The position numbers and the translations under genes are program-made. A model generated the notes under the pieces. It did not search any database, was not told where the DNA came from, and saw only the letters and a program-made list of their open reading frames with translations. Source: Thraustochytrium aureum (Eukaryota). Taken from it: a stretch of DNA of 64,000 nt. Below, one piece after another: positions 34,754-46,619 of this stretch. Location: NCBI GenBank assembly GCA_012862495.1, contig BLSG01000337.1, positions 142,413 to 206,412 of the forward strand. The letters are read 5' to 3'. Each line of letters opens with the position of its first letter. Positions within the stretch are counted from its first letter, which is position 1.

Positions 34754-35221
34754 ATGGGCGACGAAGATGGCAGCAGCAGCAGTGCGGCAGACGCGGTGGC
34801 GCCGCCCGCTGGCGGCGAAGAGCAGCCGAGGCTGAGCATCGCCATCCCAGACGCAGACAGACTGAAGTCTGAGCTTGCTGGGCTGCGCGAGAAGGTCACA
34901 CAGCGCGCGGATCAGCTGCGAGAGGCGTGGGAGGTGGCCAAGGAAAAGAGGTCGGCCGCAGTGCCGAGCGAGCTCAAGGTGCAGAAGCGGCTGGAAGCTT
35001 TGGCGGAGGATATGGTGGTTGGGGTTGGCGCGGGCGCGGCGATCGCGGGGCTCGTCTCGCTCGTGGCATTGCGTAATCGCGGTCCACGGATGCTAGTCAC
35101 TGGCTTTGGAGCGGGCTGGGGCGCGTCGCGGGCCTGGTCGGCGCACGCGCAAGAGTTTCAAGGCGGTAGGAAATCTATTGCGTCGGACACGGCTGAGACG
35201 GCGCCCGGAAACTCTGAATAG
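34754..35221 (+). CDS. MIC10: MICOS subunit Mic10-like with N-terminal extension
   Basis: PSE...two Gly-rich TM segments (GVGAGAAIAGLVSLV; GFGAGWG) separated by a basic loop RNR, followed by AW....EF. Confidence 0.7.
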   Translation: MGDEDGSSSSAADAVAPPAGGEEQPRLSIAIPDADRLKSELAGLREKVTQRADQLREAWEVAKEKRSAAVPSELKVQKRLEALAEDMVVGVGAGAAIAGLVSLVALRNRGPRMLVTGFGAGWGASRAWSAHAQEFQGGRKSIASDTAETAPGNSE

Positions 35222-35461
35222 GCTTGCCGTTGCGCAGGCTGTCTCTTCAGGCGCGAACGCTTGAGGTGCGTCACTCATCAGCGTGCGCGCCAGAGCGTTG
35301 CCCTGATTACCATCTCTTGAGAATCAATCAAACACCACGCACGACCAAATATTGCCTTCCAGCCAGCCCCCATGTCCCGCGCTTGCAACAGCGTGCGCGG
35401 CACATGGCAGCAGGTCCGTCGCCGTCGCGCAAGCGAGAGACCCATTCGTATCCGCCGCAGT

Positions 35462-35492
35462 CACAGACAGACAGACAGACTGACTGACAGAT
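35462..35492. repeat. (CAGA)n/(CTGA)n microsatellite
   Basis: Directly visible. Confidence 0.8.
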
Positions 35493-36092
35493 GGGCAGGC
35501 AGAGAGTCCGTTCCCATGAACTAAACCGACCGTCCATTCCGCCACCGATCCGGCCCCAACCAACGACACGCCCAACTGATGCAGCCGCGCCCAACCCAAC
35601 CAAACCACAAGCAGCGACCAAGCCCGATCGTCTCTCGAACTCAGCCTGGCCTCGCCATCCGCGACATGCGCGAGCGAGCCCCAAGCACGCAACTCGAACA
35701 CGAGAAAGTGCAATGTGTACCTGAGTACCGCACGTCAAGACTATGGAGGCAGCAAGACCCTATCTATAATTGAAAGTCAATACTCGCGCGGGGAACCCGC
35801 CTCTCTTCAGAACAGCTGCAGACCAGAGCAGCTTTTTGCGGCGCGAGGAGCTCGAGCGAGCGCGACCCGCGGCCACGCAGGCCCGCAGAGGCGCGGCTGT
35901 CTCGCGCGTTTTCACTTGGGCCGGACGCTTCGCGTCGCTTCGCGTCGCTGCGCTGCGCTGCGCGAGTCTTTGGGCGGGGCAGATCTGCGACCTTGTGCGG
36001 AGGTGGCGAAACTGCCCACCTCTCCTGACGAGCACAGCCCTGGCCGCGGAGGACGGGACGTGAGGGCGGTGCGCTCGTCGCCCGGCGGCGCA

Positions 36093-37428
36093 ATGACGCG
36101 GCGCAACGATGCGCTGAGCTATGCGCCGATTTCGGTGCTGGTGGCAATCATGCTGGTGCTGTACCTGGTGTTCATGTTGGCGCTTGTGCCGCCGTTGGCG
36201 GAGGGCGCTGCGGACGCGGACGCGTTGTATCCAAACAGCGCAATGGTCAACATGGTTGTGGTCAATGTGTTTTTCGCGCTCGCGCTCACGTCTTTTCTTC
36301 GAGCGAGCTTTACACGGCCGGGCGCAGTGCCGAGCCTCCACCCGTGGGACCCGGNNNNNNNNNNNNNNNNNNNNNNNNNNNNNNNNNNNNNNNNNNNNNN
36401 NNNNNNNNNNNNNNNNNNNNNNNNNNNNNNNNNNNNNNNNNNNNNNNNNNNNNNNNNNNNNNNNNNNNNNNNNNNNNNNNNNNNNNNNNNNNNNNNNNNN
36501 NNNNNNNNNNNNNNNGACTCGAGCGCAAGATGGACGGGCGCGCGCGGTTTTGCCGGATGTGCGGTCGGTACAAGCCAGACCGCGCGCACCACAGCAGCAA
36601 CATGGGACAGTGCATTCTAGAAATGGTACGTTGGGCGCGAGGCGACAGCGAGCCGCAAGGCACTGCTGCGCGCTTGCTTTTTGGCTCTTGCTCTGCTCCG
36701 CTCGTCCACCTCTGGCTGGGGTGGCCTGCTTGTGGCCCACTCACTTTGCAGTGGCTGACCTATGGCGCTGCGCGCAGGACCACTACTGTCCGTGGATCCG
36801 CAACTGCGTCGGGTACAAGAACAAAAAGTACTTTTTCCTGCTCGTCGTGTACGGCGCAATGTCGCTGATTGGTTACTGCGTCGCGTTGGGCCCACGGTTC
36901 GTCAAGGCCTGCCAAAAGATGACAACCGTGCTCGACTTTTTCATCGTGTTTACATGGATTCTTGCCGTGCTTCTCGCGGTGGCTTGCACCACGTTCGCGT
37001 TCTTCCATATGTGGCTCATGGCCAAGGCCTTCACCACAATCGAGTTTTGCGAGAAGCGGCGCGCCGACGAGTCCAAGCGCACCGCGCAAGGTTTCAAGGT
37101 GGCCGAGCTGTACGAGGAGTCCCCGTACGACCTGGGCGTGTACCACAACGTCTCTCATGTCCTAGGGCCATGGTACTTTTGGCTCGTCCCTGCAAGATGG
37201 GGCATGCCCGACGACGTCGCCGCTGGCTGCATCTTCGACGTGAACCCGAGGCACACGCTCTACAAAACCGCAATAGGCTCGTGGGCGTCCAAGGCCGCGC
37301 AGCTTGGGGGCGACCCAGCAAGCCTCGGTGAGCCCACTCCTGGCCCTGCAGCCGATGCCCAGGCCGACGCGAACCGGTACGCGCAAGCCGGCGACGGCTG
37401 GTCTACCGCAAGCTTGCTTGGAGGCTGA
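36093..37428 (+). CDS. DHHC-family palmitoyltransferase, DHYC variant; gap 36355-36515; intron 36626-36777
   Basis: Four TM segments, TRPG, CRMCGRYKPDRAHH...M|DHYCPWIRNCVG..NKKYFFL, TTIE, PYDLGVYHNVSHVLG. Confidence 0.92.
36626..36777 (+). other. Spliceosomal intron, 152 nt
   Basis: GTACGT donor, GCTGAC branch-like site, CGCAG acceptor. Splicing gives M-DHYC in frame. Confidence 0.88.
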
Positions 37429-37709
37429 CCGACCGACGGGCGAGGAGGGGGACTAGGTCGCGCATGTTGGCGCTTGTTTTGCGCTGGCGCGGACTGCGCG
37501 CCGACTAATGCTTGAGGTGCTGCGGGCCGTACGCCGCCTTTGCGCTAGAGTCGCAAGGCGGGGGGGCGTCTCCGGTCTCAAAAAGAGGACTCTAAAGGAG
37601 GACAAGTACTCTATATTTCAAGAAAGCTAGCTCGCTCTAGCGCGAGCGACGTGAGAGGCGGTGAATTGAAACTGACGTTCTGGTTGTTGAGATGTTTCGC
37701 CCGGGCGGA

Positions 37710-38185
37710 CTAGGCTTTCTTCGCGCGCGGCGGGGGGAGCATGCCCGCGTCCCGCATGAACTGCGTCTGCAGGTCCAGAAGCTTGACGACGGCCTTCGGA
37801 GGGCGGGCCATGACCTCGAACCGCACGATCTTGCCCGCCTCGTTGAGCGTGACAAGGTCAACGCCGCGCATAAACATCCCGTCCTCGGAGCCGATGTTGC
37901 AGGAGAACTCGAGCGCAAACCCCTCATCGCCCAAGAACGCGCGCGTGTACTCAAAGTTTTTGAACGCTTTCGTCACGCCGACGAGCGCCACCTTGACGAA
38001 CATCTTGTCGCGTCGCTCCTTGCCGTACGTGGGCGCGAGGAACACGATCTCGTCCGCGAGGATCTCGTCCATGATCTCCATCATGCGAGCGTCCTCCCCG
38101 CGCATCCCCGTCGCAACAGCCTGATGCCACAGTTCGATCGTCCGCTTCGCGCCTTCATTTTTCAACTCGCCGCCGACGACCTTGA
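37710..38185 (-). CDS. SnoaL-like / NTF2-family protein; 5' end in gap
   Basis: ILADEIVFLAP...FEYTR...ALEF...GVDLVTLNEAGKIVRFEVMARP pattern typical of small NTF2-fold proteins. Confidence 0.8.
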
Positions 38186-38777
38186 NNNNNNNNNNNNNNN
38201 NNNNNNNNNNNNNNNNNNNNNNNNNNNNNNNNNNNNNNNNNNNNNNNNNNNNNNNNNNNNNNNNNNNNNNNNNNNNNNNNNNNNNNNNNNNNNNNNNNNN
38301 NNNNNNNNNNNNNNNNNNNNNNNNNNNNNNNNNNNNNNNNNNNNNNNNNNNNNNNNNNNNNNNNNNNNNNNNNNNNNNNNNNNNNNNNNNNNNNNNNNNN
38401 NNNNNNNNNNNNNNNNNNNNNNNNNNNNNNNNNNNNNNNNNNNNNNNNNNNNNNNNNNNNNNNNNNNNNNNNNNNNNNNNNNNNNNNNNNNNNNNNNNNN
38501 NNNNNNNNNNNNNNNNNNNNNNNNNNNNNNNNNNNNNNNNNNNNNNNNNNNNNNNNNNNNNNNNNNNNNNNNNNNNNNNNNNNNNNNNNNNNNNNNNNNN
38601 NNNNNNNNNNNNNNNNNNNNNNNNNNNNNNNNNNNNNNNNNNNNNNNNNNNNNNNNNNNNNNNNNNNNNNNNNNNNNNNNNNNNNNNNNNNNNNNNNNNN
38701 NNNNNNNNNNNNNNNNNNNNNNNNNNNNNNNNNNNNNNNNNNNNNNNNNNNNNNNNNNNNNNNNNNNNNNNNNNNNN

Positions 38778-40308
38778 GTCGAGGCGAAGCGCGCAGGAGC
38801 GGGCCGAACAAGGCGCGAGGCACATCCATGGCTTTGTGTACTGCAGGCGGCGGATGCGATACTTCCCTGAAGGCACAGTCCTCTCGGACGACGAGGAGGT
38901 CGGCGGCGGCGGCGGCGGCGGCGGCGTGGGCGATGACAGGCTGGGTGAGGTGAGTAGCCATCGGCGGCCCGATCAAGCGCCGGACCAGCCCTTGTCGCGG
39001 AGGCGCCGTCGTCGCCAGGACTCGGCGAAGCAGAGCGATACCACAAGGGCGGAATCGAAGCGGCGCCGGTTGAAGCTACGACCGCCCCCGGTTCCTCTTG
39101 GGTTGATGCTAGCGCTGCGAATGCGCGAGACGGGCTGCCCCGAGCTGGCCCGTTCTGCAACTGCAACGATGAGCGCGGCTTGGAGATTCATGCCGAGTCG
39201 CCATCGGGCCTCGACTTCGATCGTCTTCAACACCGCCGAGAAGACCGCACAGGGGATGATCAGTTCTGCTGATGCCGAGTTCCAGCACCGTTCTGTCCTT
39301 GTTTGGCGGCGCTTCAACTCGTGGACTTTCACCGATAGCAGCGCTTGGCGGAACGCGGAGTCCGGCTCGTCCGGCTCAACACAAGTGCAGTGCAGCCCGT
39401 ACAGCAGCTTGCTTGCCCTGCCGCGCGCCGCGTCGCCATCGCGCTCGTTCGTTGCCATCTGCGACCGAGGGCTGGATAACACTTGGCAAGTTGGCATGCA
39501 CGCCGTACTCGACAACCTCGTCGTCAATCCGCTCCCTTCGCAACGCCTGCGCCCATTCGGGGCTGCCCGTGTTTCCTTGGACGCCGTTGCGATGGGGTCC
39601 GAGGACGCTAGTCTTTGCTTTTGCAGGGCTGGCGCGACAGACTCGACGAGCTGCGTTGGCGTGCTTTCAAGTGGGCAGCTGCAGGAAGTGGCGTGGCGCT
39701 CCGTCTCGAGCCGTGCGACAAGCTGCGCTTACGCAGGCGCGCTCGACAACGTAGTGATTGTAGGGTGCCGCAATGGCTCTGTCAGTAGGCTTGACCGGCG
39801 GGAAGGGGGCAACGCCTCGAGGGCCAAGCTCCCTGTGCTTGCTCGCGCGGACGCGTTGTGTGGCTCGGTGTCACATATCGCCTGGCTGCCGCGTAGCGAA
39901 GACATTCTCGTGTCCCGTTGTTCGATAGGCCTTGATGGTCCGCTTTTGGCTCGCATTGATCCGCGAAAGCCGATGGACGGAAACGGCAGGCCGCTCTATG
40001 CTGTCGTCTACCCTGGACACTTGTGGACGCACTGTGGGCGAGCCAAGTTTTCGCTCGACGACTCGGAGGCGCTTCTTTTCGCCCCGGGCCGCGACAGCGT
40101 TGTTCGGTATTGGGAAGTGGATAGCGGCCGGCCGGTTGGCTCGCTGCAGTGTGGTGGCGGCTTGGACGGGTTGCTGCCTGGCGAATCTCGCCGCACGGTT
40201 GAGGACGCGTGGGTGCATGTTGCTGGCAGGTTTTGCTTGTTCTCGGCGTTTGCAGACTTGCGCATAACGACGACCGGCGTCCTGACCCGAGCCTCGCTTT
40301 CCAAGTAG
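38778..40308 (+). CDS. WD40 protein, DCAF4/WDR21-like; 5' end in gap
   Basis: IHGFVYCRRRMRYFP resembles the DCAF4-type PGFYFD...RYF motif; VGCRNGSV..LDRR; YPGH; APGRDSVVRYWEVDSG. Confidence 0.6.
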
Positions 40309-40422
40309 AGGTAGAATCGCCGGACGAAGACTTGACTAGGCCAGGCACGAGACCCCCTGGCGCCAAGCCACAAGGGAGGCCTGCAAGCATGCAACAAGAG
40401 CGGTTCAAAAATTGGCTTGATT

Positions 40423-41028
40423 TCACTGTGCCTGTGTGCTACGTGAGGTGGTGTAATCTTCTAGTTTGGCCTTGAACACGTACCGCAACACAGTTTCAAC
40501 CTCGGCATCTGGAACGCCCTCCTTTCGGAGCGTCGTGCCGGGGTCATTCGTGTAGAACGCCTCCATGAGAACTTGCTCTGACACGCGCGTCGGCTCGATA
40601 ACGTCTCGTCGTTGATACCGAGACCGAATGAGATGGCTACCGTGTGAATTCCTCGTCAGCAGACCACCAGAGCAAACGCGGGCGCGCAAAAGCGGGACTC
40701 ACCTCAAGTCTATGGACTCTTGGGACTCAAAGGCAGGCTTCAAGTCCTCCTCCGACATTTCCAGCATGTTGACCATTGCAACAAAGTCCGCCTCCTCGGC
40801 CTCCTCGCGAGACCCATACACCTGCTGCACCGGCTTGTTCCCGCGCAGCGCCTCTTCAAAGCTAACGGGCTGGTCTCCGCGCCGCAGGCCATCGACCCCG
40901 TCGGAGTCCGCCTTCCCGTCCTTCGCGCTCAGCGCTCGCCTTGCAAGCCGCTGGACCCCGCGCATCCTGGACGACATTGTCGGCAGCAAGTCGCCCGCCG
41001 CGCGCCTTGCCACCATCCGCGCAGCCAT
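40423..41028 (-). CDS. Small putative mitochondrial protein, two exons (intron 40637-40702)
   Basis: Arg/Ala-rich presequence-like N-terminus. GTGAGT...GCTGAC...TAG intron of 66 nt whose removal joins DLS-HLIRSRY in frame. Weak resemblance of the C-terminus to NDUFAF4-type proteins. Confidence 0.6.
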
Positions 41029-41567
41029 CCTCTCGCAAGAAGCCACGGCCACGCGAGAAGCCACGGCCACGCAGCAGGCAACCTCGGGCTNNNNNNNNNN
41101 NNNNNNNNNNNNNNNNNNNNNNNNNNNNNNNNNNNNNNNNNNNNNNNNNNNNNNNNNNNNNNNNNNNNNNNNNNNNNNNNNNNNNNNNNNNNNNNNNNNN
41201 NNNNNNNNNNNNNNNNNNNNNNNNNNNNNNNNNNNNNNNNNNNNNNNNNNNNNNNNNNNNNNNNNNNNNNNNNNNNNNNNNNNNNNNNNNNNNNNNNNNN
41301 NNNNNNNNNNNNNNNNNNNNNNNNNNNNNNNNNNNNNNNNNNNNNNNNNNNNNNNNNNNNNNNNNNNNNNNNNNNNNNNNNNNNNNNNNNNNNNNNNNNN
41401 NNNNNNNNNNNNNNNNNNNNNNNNNNNNNNNNNNNNNNNNNNNNNNNNNNNNNNNNNNNNNNNNNNNNNNNNNNNNNNNNNNNNCGCGAAAGCGTTGTCG
41501 GAAGGGGACCGCGGCGGCACTGAACGCGGCATTGGAGCACGCGATAAGGCCGAGTGAGCTCCAGGGA

Positions 41568-42470
41568 ATGCCGTTTCCAAGAGGCTGCGCAGGGCGGCTC
41601 GCTGCGTCGTGGCGGCGTGCGGGAATCCTGCTGCAGTCTCCAGGATGTGCGGGACTTGGAGCCGCGGCCGCGCGCGGACCGGTGAGACTGAGAATGGGGA
41701 CACTGGGCGCGACTGGCCGCGCCAATACGTGGAGCTGGTCTGAGGGTCTCGGCGGGCGCTGCGCGAGGGGCCTGGCTGTTGGCGTGGCGGGAGGGCAAGG
41801 CAGAAACGTGGACCCTGAAGGCGCGGTTTCCGGTAGCGGAGCCGGCGGCGGGGACGCGGCTGCCGAGCTTGAGTGGCAGTGGATTCCGCCGGACAATATC
41901 GAGCACGAGGCCACGGAGGAAGACTTGTTCTTGGAGGAGGTTTCGTCCCCTTTGGAGGGCGTGGGGCAGCAGACGCGGAGGCGCCGCATCGAAGAGTGGA
42001 CCCACAAAGCCGAGATCATCATGGACCGCAAAGAGGGCTTGATCAAAGTGATCCCGGGCCAGTGGCTCTCCGTGGAGGAGGTGGTGACCGCTTTCGAAGT
42101 TAGCAAGGGGGAGAACGTGGTGCACATCGTCAAGGTGGACGGAACGAGCTGCATCCTGTGCACCGCCATGAGCAGCGGCCACATGAAGAAGCTCGTGCGT
42201 GTTATTTACAAGTCGATGATCCTACGCAACCTGCGCTTTCGCGAGCTGCACAGGCCAATCATCTTCACGCCAGACTTTAGCCACATTGAGAATGGGCCAA
42301 ATATGGCCATCTTCATCATGTCAGCTGCAAAGCGCGCTGAGCTCAACATCGAGGCCATGATCACCCCCGGGGCCACCGACGTTTTGGCTCTGGAGCTCGA
42401 GGCGCAGTTTGAAGCGGAGAGAATCTACGAGGAGTCGCTGGCGCGCGACGGGAAACCCAAAATTCGCTAG
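41568..42470 (+). CDS. Putative mitochondrial protein with divergent RsfS/iojap (MALSU1-like) domain
   Basis: Presequence-like N-terminus; LSVEEVVTAFEVSKGENVVHI...ILCTAMSSGHMKKL resembles the RsfS N-terminal half; strong coding-like codon use from about 41870. Confidence 0.5.
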   Translation: MPFPRGCAGRLAASWRRAGILLQSPGCAGLGAAAARGPVRLRMGTLGATGRANTWSWSEGLGGRCARGLAVGVAGGQGRNVDPEGAVSGSGAGGGDAAAELEWQWIPPDNIEHEATEEDLFLEEVSSPLEGVGQQTRRRRIEEWTHKAEIIMDRKEGLIKVIPGQWLSVEEVVTAFEVSKGENVVHIVKVDGTSCILCTAMSSGHMKKLVRVIYKSMILRNLRFRELHRPIIFTPDFSHIENGPNMAIFIMSAAKRAELNIEAMITPGATDVLALELEAQFEAERIYEESLARDGKPKIR

Positions 42471-42755
42471 CTTGCAGCCATGGGCCCGCGCGGCAGCGGC
42501 AACGGTCCGTACCAGCGCGCAGCAGCCGCTTGGCGCGAGCGATCGTCGTTAACCAGAGCAGGCCCACCGGCAGCACTCGTTTTGCAGCTTGCCTGCCATT
42601 GGCTCTTATTCGTATACTCGCAAGCACAGCTAGCCTTTTGCACTCCTCCTCTTTTACCCCGCCCTTACTCGCCAACGGCAGCCAGCTTCTTTGTGCTACG
42701 CCGTTCGTGGTCGCTCCCTCGCATCGGGACGCTCGCATCGGGACGCTCGCCTCAG

Positions 42756-43260
42756 TCTGCAAGCGAACGCATCACAAGATGAGATTGTTGCGGGTGAAAG
42801 CGAGCGAGGAGAAGTTGGGCTTTCCGATCATGCAAGAGGGAGGACACGTTGACAAGGCCGACTCTGATCGGGCCAACGCGAGGGCGAGGAGCCCCTCGAG
42901 AAGATGGAGCCTGCTCTGCGCAAGATAAGGCGGTTGCGGGCGAGTGTCAGGTTTGGAAAGGGCGAACCTCACAATCCGTTTTTGACACGTTGAGTTTGAG
43001 CTTCGAAAAGCCCCGGCGTCGTTCAGGCCGCGCCTTCGCGTGTCACCCGGATGGATTCTCCCGCAGCTGATGGGGCGCGTCTGGGAGCGGCAAGCAGCAG
43101 AGCCGACACTGGTTGGAAAGCACTCTGTCAGCGAGGCCATCGTGCAGCTCAAGTTCGACTCTGCCAGCCGTTGCCCAAAGCGTTCCAAGTCGCGCACCGG
43201 TGCTCGATGCGCAAGAAAACGCTCGAGCTCGATCTTCTCTCGCGAGGCCGAGCGCGACAT
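42756..43260 (-). CDS. Possible small hypothetical protein, exon structure unclear
   Basis: ATG ORF MSRSASREKIELERFLAH...; a second frame gives the protein-like VGLVNVSSLLHDRKAQLLLARFHPQQSHLVMRSLAD*. No family recognised. Confidence 0.25.
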
Positions 43261-43519
43261 GAAACCAGGACATGAAACCAGCGTTTCAACCAGAAGGTAC
43301 GTACAGAAAATGCCTTCCTTTGTTTGCGCACATTTCCGTACTTGATGGATTATACCACTGGGATGTGAGGGATTATCTTCCGTTTTTCACGGAAGCCCTC
43401 TGGGGGCATAATATCTCGAACTGCGCGATGCTATGGACGGCCGCCATAGAGGCGAGGTGGGGTTGGCACACGTGCTGGCACGCACGCACGCACGCACCCG
43501 CTTTGTTACTTACTCGCAA

Positions 43520-43592
43520 CAGCAGCAGCAGCTCCGCTCCACCAGCACCAGCAGCAGCTCCGCTCCACCAGCACCAGCACCAGCACCAGCAG
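43520..43592. repeat. Compound (CAG)/(CACCAG) repeat with duplicated ctccgctc spacer
   Basis: Directly visible, in the leader of the lipid kinase gene. Confidence 0.8.
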
Positions 43593-43764
43593 ACTCGCTT
43601 CTCGAGGGAGTTCGGTGAGTGCCTACGTACTCGAGTACCGACCGCCCACGCGACACTCTCCACTCGGGACGCGCTGCGCGTGCGCGTCGAAAGCGGACGA
43701 GCCGCTGGACGAACGAGAGGCGCTCTCGCCGAGCCAGGTGTGGCCGGCCTTTGCAGCGAAAGCG

Positions 43765-45103
43765 ATGGCGCTCCAGACCTTTCAAGTCGACCTGCCGCTG
43801 CTGGGCACCGTCGAGGTGGAAGCGGGCACGGCGTACCTCGGGCTGGTCGGGCTGTGCACGTTTGTGGTGTTCTTCCTCTCCGACCCGTTCAACATCATCG
43901 AGAAAGTTGACCTGCGGCTCGTGCGGCTGTACAAGGTTCCAGAGTCGGGCTCCGCGGTGAAGGACAAGAGCTATGTCTGCCTGGTCAACCCGTACAGCGG
44001 CAACAAAGACGGACTCTTCCAGTTCCACAAGGTCGCCAACAAGATGCTCCAACGCGCCGGCGCCGCCAAGGTCGACCTGCAAACCACGACGCACGCGGGG
44101 CACTTTGGCGAGATCGGCGAGGAAATGGCGCGCAAAGTGCTCGCGGGCGAGCGGGCGCCCGACGGTGGCGTGCTCGTGTTTGGCGGGGACGGCTCGCTGT
44201 GCGAATTTGTCAACGGCCTGGTCAAGGCCGCGAGCGGGGGCACCATGGACCTGGGATGCGAGCAAGTTCGCCGCGTGCTGGGCGAAGTCAAGCTCGGCCT
44301 GGTCCCCGTGGGCTCCGCAAACGGTATCGCTGCTTCCTATGGCGCCGTGACGTGCTACCAGGCGATCGAGCAGATTATCGGCTGGGGGGGCCGGCGCGAA
44401 CGGGCCCCTCAACGTCTGCGACTTTGACATGAACCAGGTCACCTTCACGGAGCACGCCTCGGGCAAGGTGACCAAGTTTGTCGACCTGCACTGCGTCTCG
44501 TGGGGCATCATCACGGACCACGACGAGCTGGTGGAGCGCAAGTGGCGGCACCTCGGCAAGAAGCTCAAGATGATCCTTGCCCCGCTCTACGTGATCGCTC
44601 GCTGCAAGTCATACCGCGGGCGCGTCTCGTTCAAGCCGGCCATGCCCGACGACGCGGAGGAAGTGAGGCGCTTGCAAGAGCGCTTTGGCTACACTGACTT
44701 GGCCAAGGTTCCCGATCATCCCACCAAAAAGGGCTGGAAGGTGATTGAAGACGACTTTATCATGGCCTCGGTCTGCAACCTTTCCTGGGCCTCCTATGAC
44801 GTCTGCATTGCCCCCGACATGCGCTTCGACGACGGGGCAATGGCACTAATGCTGATGCGCGGCCGGGTGACACGCCTGCAACTCATCCGGGCCTTCATGT
44901 CCATGGGCGACGGTTCAGCTAGCAACCTCCCGTTTGTCGACCTCTTCAAAGCCTCCGCGGTGCACTTTGAGGCGGACGAGGTCGGCTCGTTTGGGGCATC
45001 TGGGGAGAACATCGAGAACACGCGGGAGGTGCTCGTTGAGAACCTGTCGCGCGTCGGGCGCTTTTTGAAGCGGGCCGGCCCAAAGCACACTCCAACGCAG
45101 TGA
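43765..45103 (+). CDS. Sphingosine/ceramide kinase-like lipid kinase (DAGK catalytic domain) with N-terminal TM; extra G in run 44384-44390
   Basis: VNPYSG, GGDGSLCEFVNGL, LVPVGSANGIA, VSWGIITDHD...E..KWRHLG, IAPDMRFDDG. Confidence 0.88.
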
Positions 45104-45403
45104 AATCTGTTTCCGCCGCCCTTCTCGCCAGGCCAGCCGCGTTTGTTTTGGCGCGTTTGCGAAGGCGGGCTCGGGCAAGTCTCTGGAGGGCGCGGCAGCA
45201 CGGCGCGGTGCCACGCCTCGCTCTAGGCCAAGCGTTTTATCCAAGTTGGCGCAGGTCGACCATTGGGATGCCCGCCTTCCCTCACCCCGTTGGTCTGAAG
45301 ACTCTGAACCCAAAATGCTTTCCCCTTCCCTCTGGTCCCTCTTCACCTTTATTCGCTCGGAGCTCCCTTTCGAGGGCTCAAGAGAGCCGCAACTGGAGCG
45401 CAC

Positions 45404-46531
45404 TTAGCCCCGGTGCGCGAGCCCCACGGCGTCTTCCACGTGCGCTATGCCGTCCCTCTCAAGCAGCTCAGCCAGCTCGCGTTGGATACGCTTCACAAGC
45501 GGCGGGCCATGGTACGTCAAGGCCGAGTAGACCTGCACGACAGACGCCCCAGCGCGAATCTTGGCGTAAGCGTCCCGGCCGCTCGCAACCCCCCCAACGC
45601 CAATGATAGGGACTTTTCCTTTTGTAAGCGCGTACATGTCCCCGATCGCCGTCGTGGCGAGCTCGCGCACAGGCAGCCCGCTCAGCCCCGCCAGTCCTCC
45701 GCCTTCGCCGCGCCTTGAGCGACTCTGGGCGCTGNNNNNNNNNNNNNNNNNNNNNNNNNNNNNNNNNNNNNNNNNNNNNNNNNNNNNNNNNNNNNNNNNN
45801 NNNNNNNNNNNNNNNNNNNNNNNNNNNNNNNNNNNNNNNNNNNNNNNNNNNNNNNNNNNNNNNNNNNNNNNNNNNNNNNNNNNNNNNNNNNNNNNNNNNN
45901 NNNNNNNNNNNNNNNNNNNNNNNNNNNNNNNNNNNNNNNNNNNNNNNNNNNNNNNNNNNNNNNNNNNNNNNNNNNNNNNNNNNNNNNNNNNNNNNNNNNN
46001 NNNNNNNNNNNNNNNNNNNNNNNNNNNNNNNNNNNNNNNNNNNNNNNNNNNNNNNNNNNNNNNNNNNNNNNNNNNNNNNNNNNNNNNNNNNNNNNNNNNN
46101 NNNNNNNNNNNNNNNNNNNNNNNNNNNNNNNNNNNNNNNNNNNNNNNNNNNNNNNNNNNNNNNNNNNNNNNNNNNNNNNNNNNNNNNNNNNNNNNNNNNN
46201 NNNNNNNNNNNNNNNNNNNNNNNNNNNNNNNNNNNNNNNNNNNNNNNNNNNNNNNNNNNNNNNNNNNNNNNNNNNNNNNNNNNNNNNNNNNNNNNNNNNN
46301 NNNNNNNNNNNNNNNNNNNNNNNNNNNNNNNNNNNNNNNNNNNNNNNNNNNNNNNNNNNNNNNNNNNNNNNNNNNNNNNNNNNNNNNNNNNNNNNNNNNN
46401 NNNNNNNNNNNNNNNNNNNNNNNNNNNNNNNNNNNNNNNNNNNNNNNNNNNNNNNNNNNNNNNNNNNNNNNNNNNNNNNNNNNNNNNNNNNNNNNNNNNN
46501 NNGATGAATCATGGCGCAAGGCACTGTTCAT
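45404..46531 (-). CDS. DHODH: Dihydroorotate dehydrogenase (quinone, class 2); most of the gene in gap 45735-46502; start tentative
   Basis: [53 protein letters not shown]. Confidence 0.85.
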   Translation of the reverse strand: MNSALRHDSXXXXXXXXXXXXXXXXXXXXXXXXXXXXXXXXXXXXXXXXXXXXXXXXXXXXXXXXXXXXXXXXXXXXXXXXXXXXXXXXXXXXXXXXXXXXXXXXXXXXXXXXXXXXXXXXXXXXXXXXXXXXXXXXXXXXXXXXXXXXXXXXXXXXXXXXXXXXXXXXXXXXXXXXXXXXXXXXXXXXXXXXXXXXXXXXXXXXXXXXXXXXXXXXXXXXXXXXXXXXXXXXXXXXXXXXXXXXXXXXXXXXXXXXXXXXXXXXXSAQSRSRRGEGGGLAGLSGLPVRELATTAIGDMYALTKGKVPIIGVGGVASGRDAYAKIRAGASVVQVYSALTYHGPPLVKRIQRELAELLERDGIAHVEDAVGLAHRG

Positions 46532-46619
46532 GGTTGCGCCAATCCTGTTGGACAGCGCTCTGGCCACAGGCCATGCGGCTGGCTTGGCACAGGGGAAACT
46601 GTAGGGTTGTCTCTAACTA

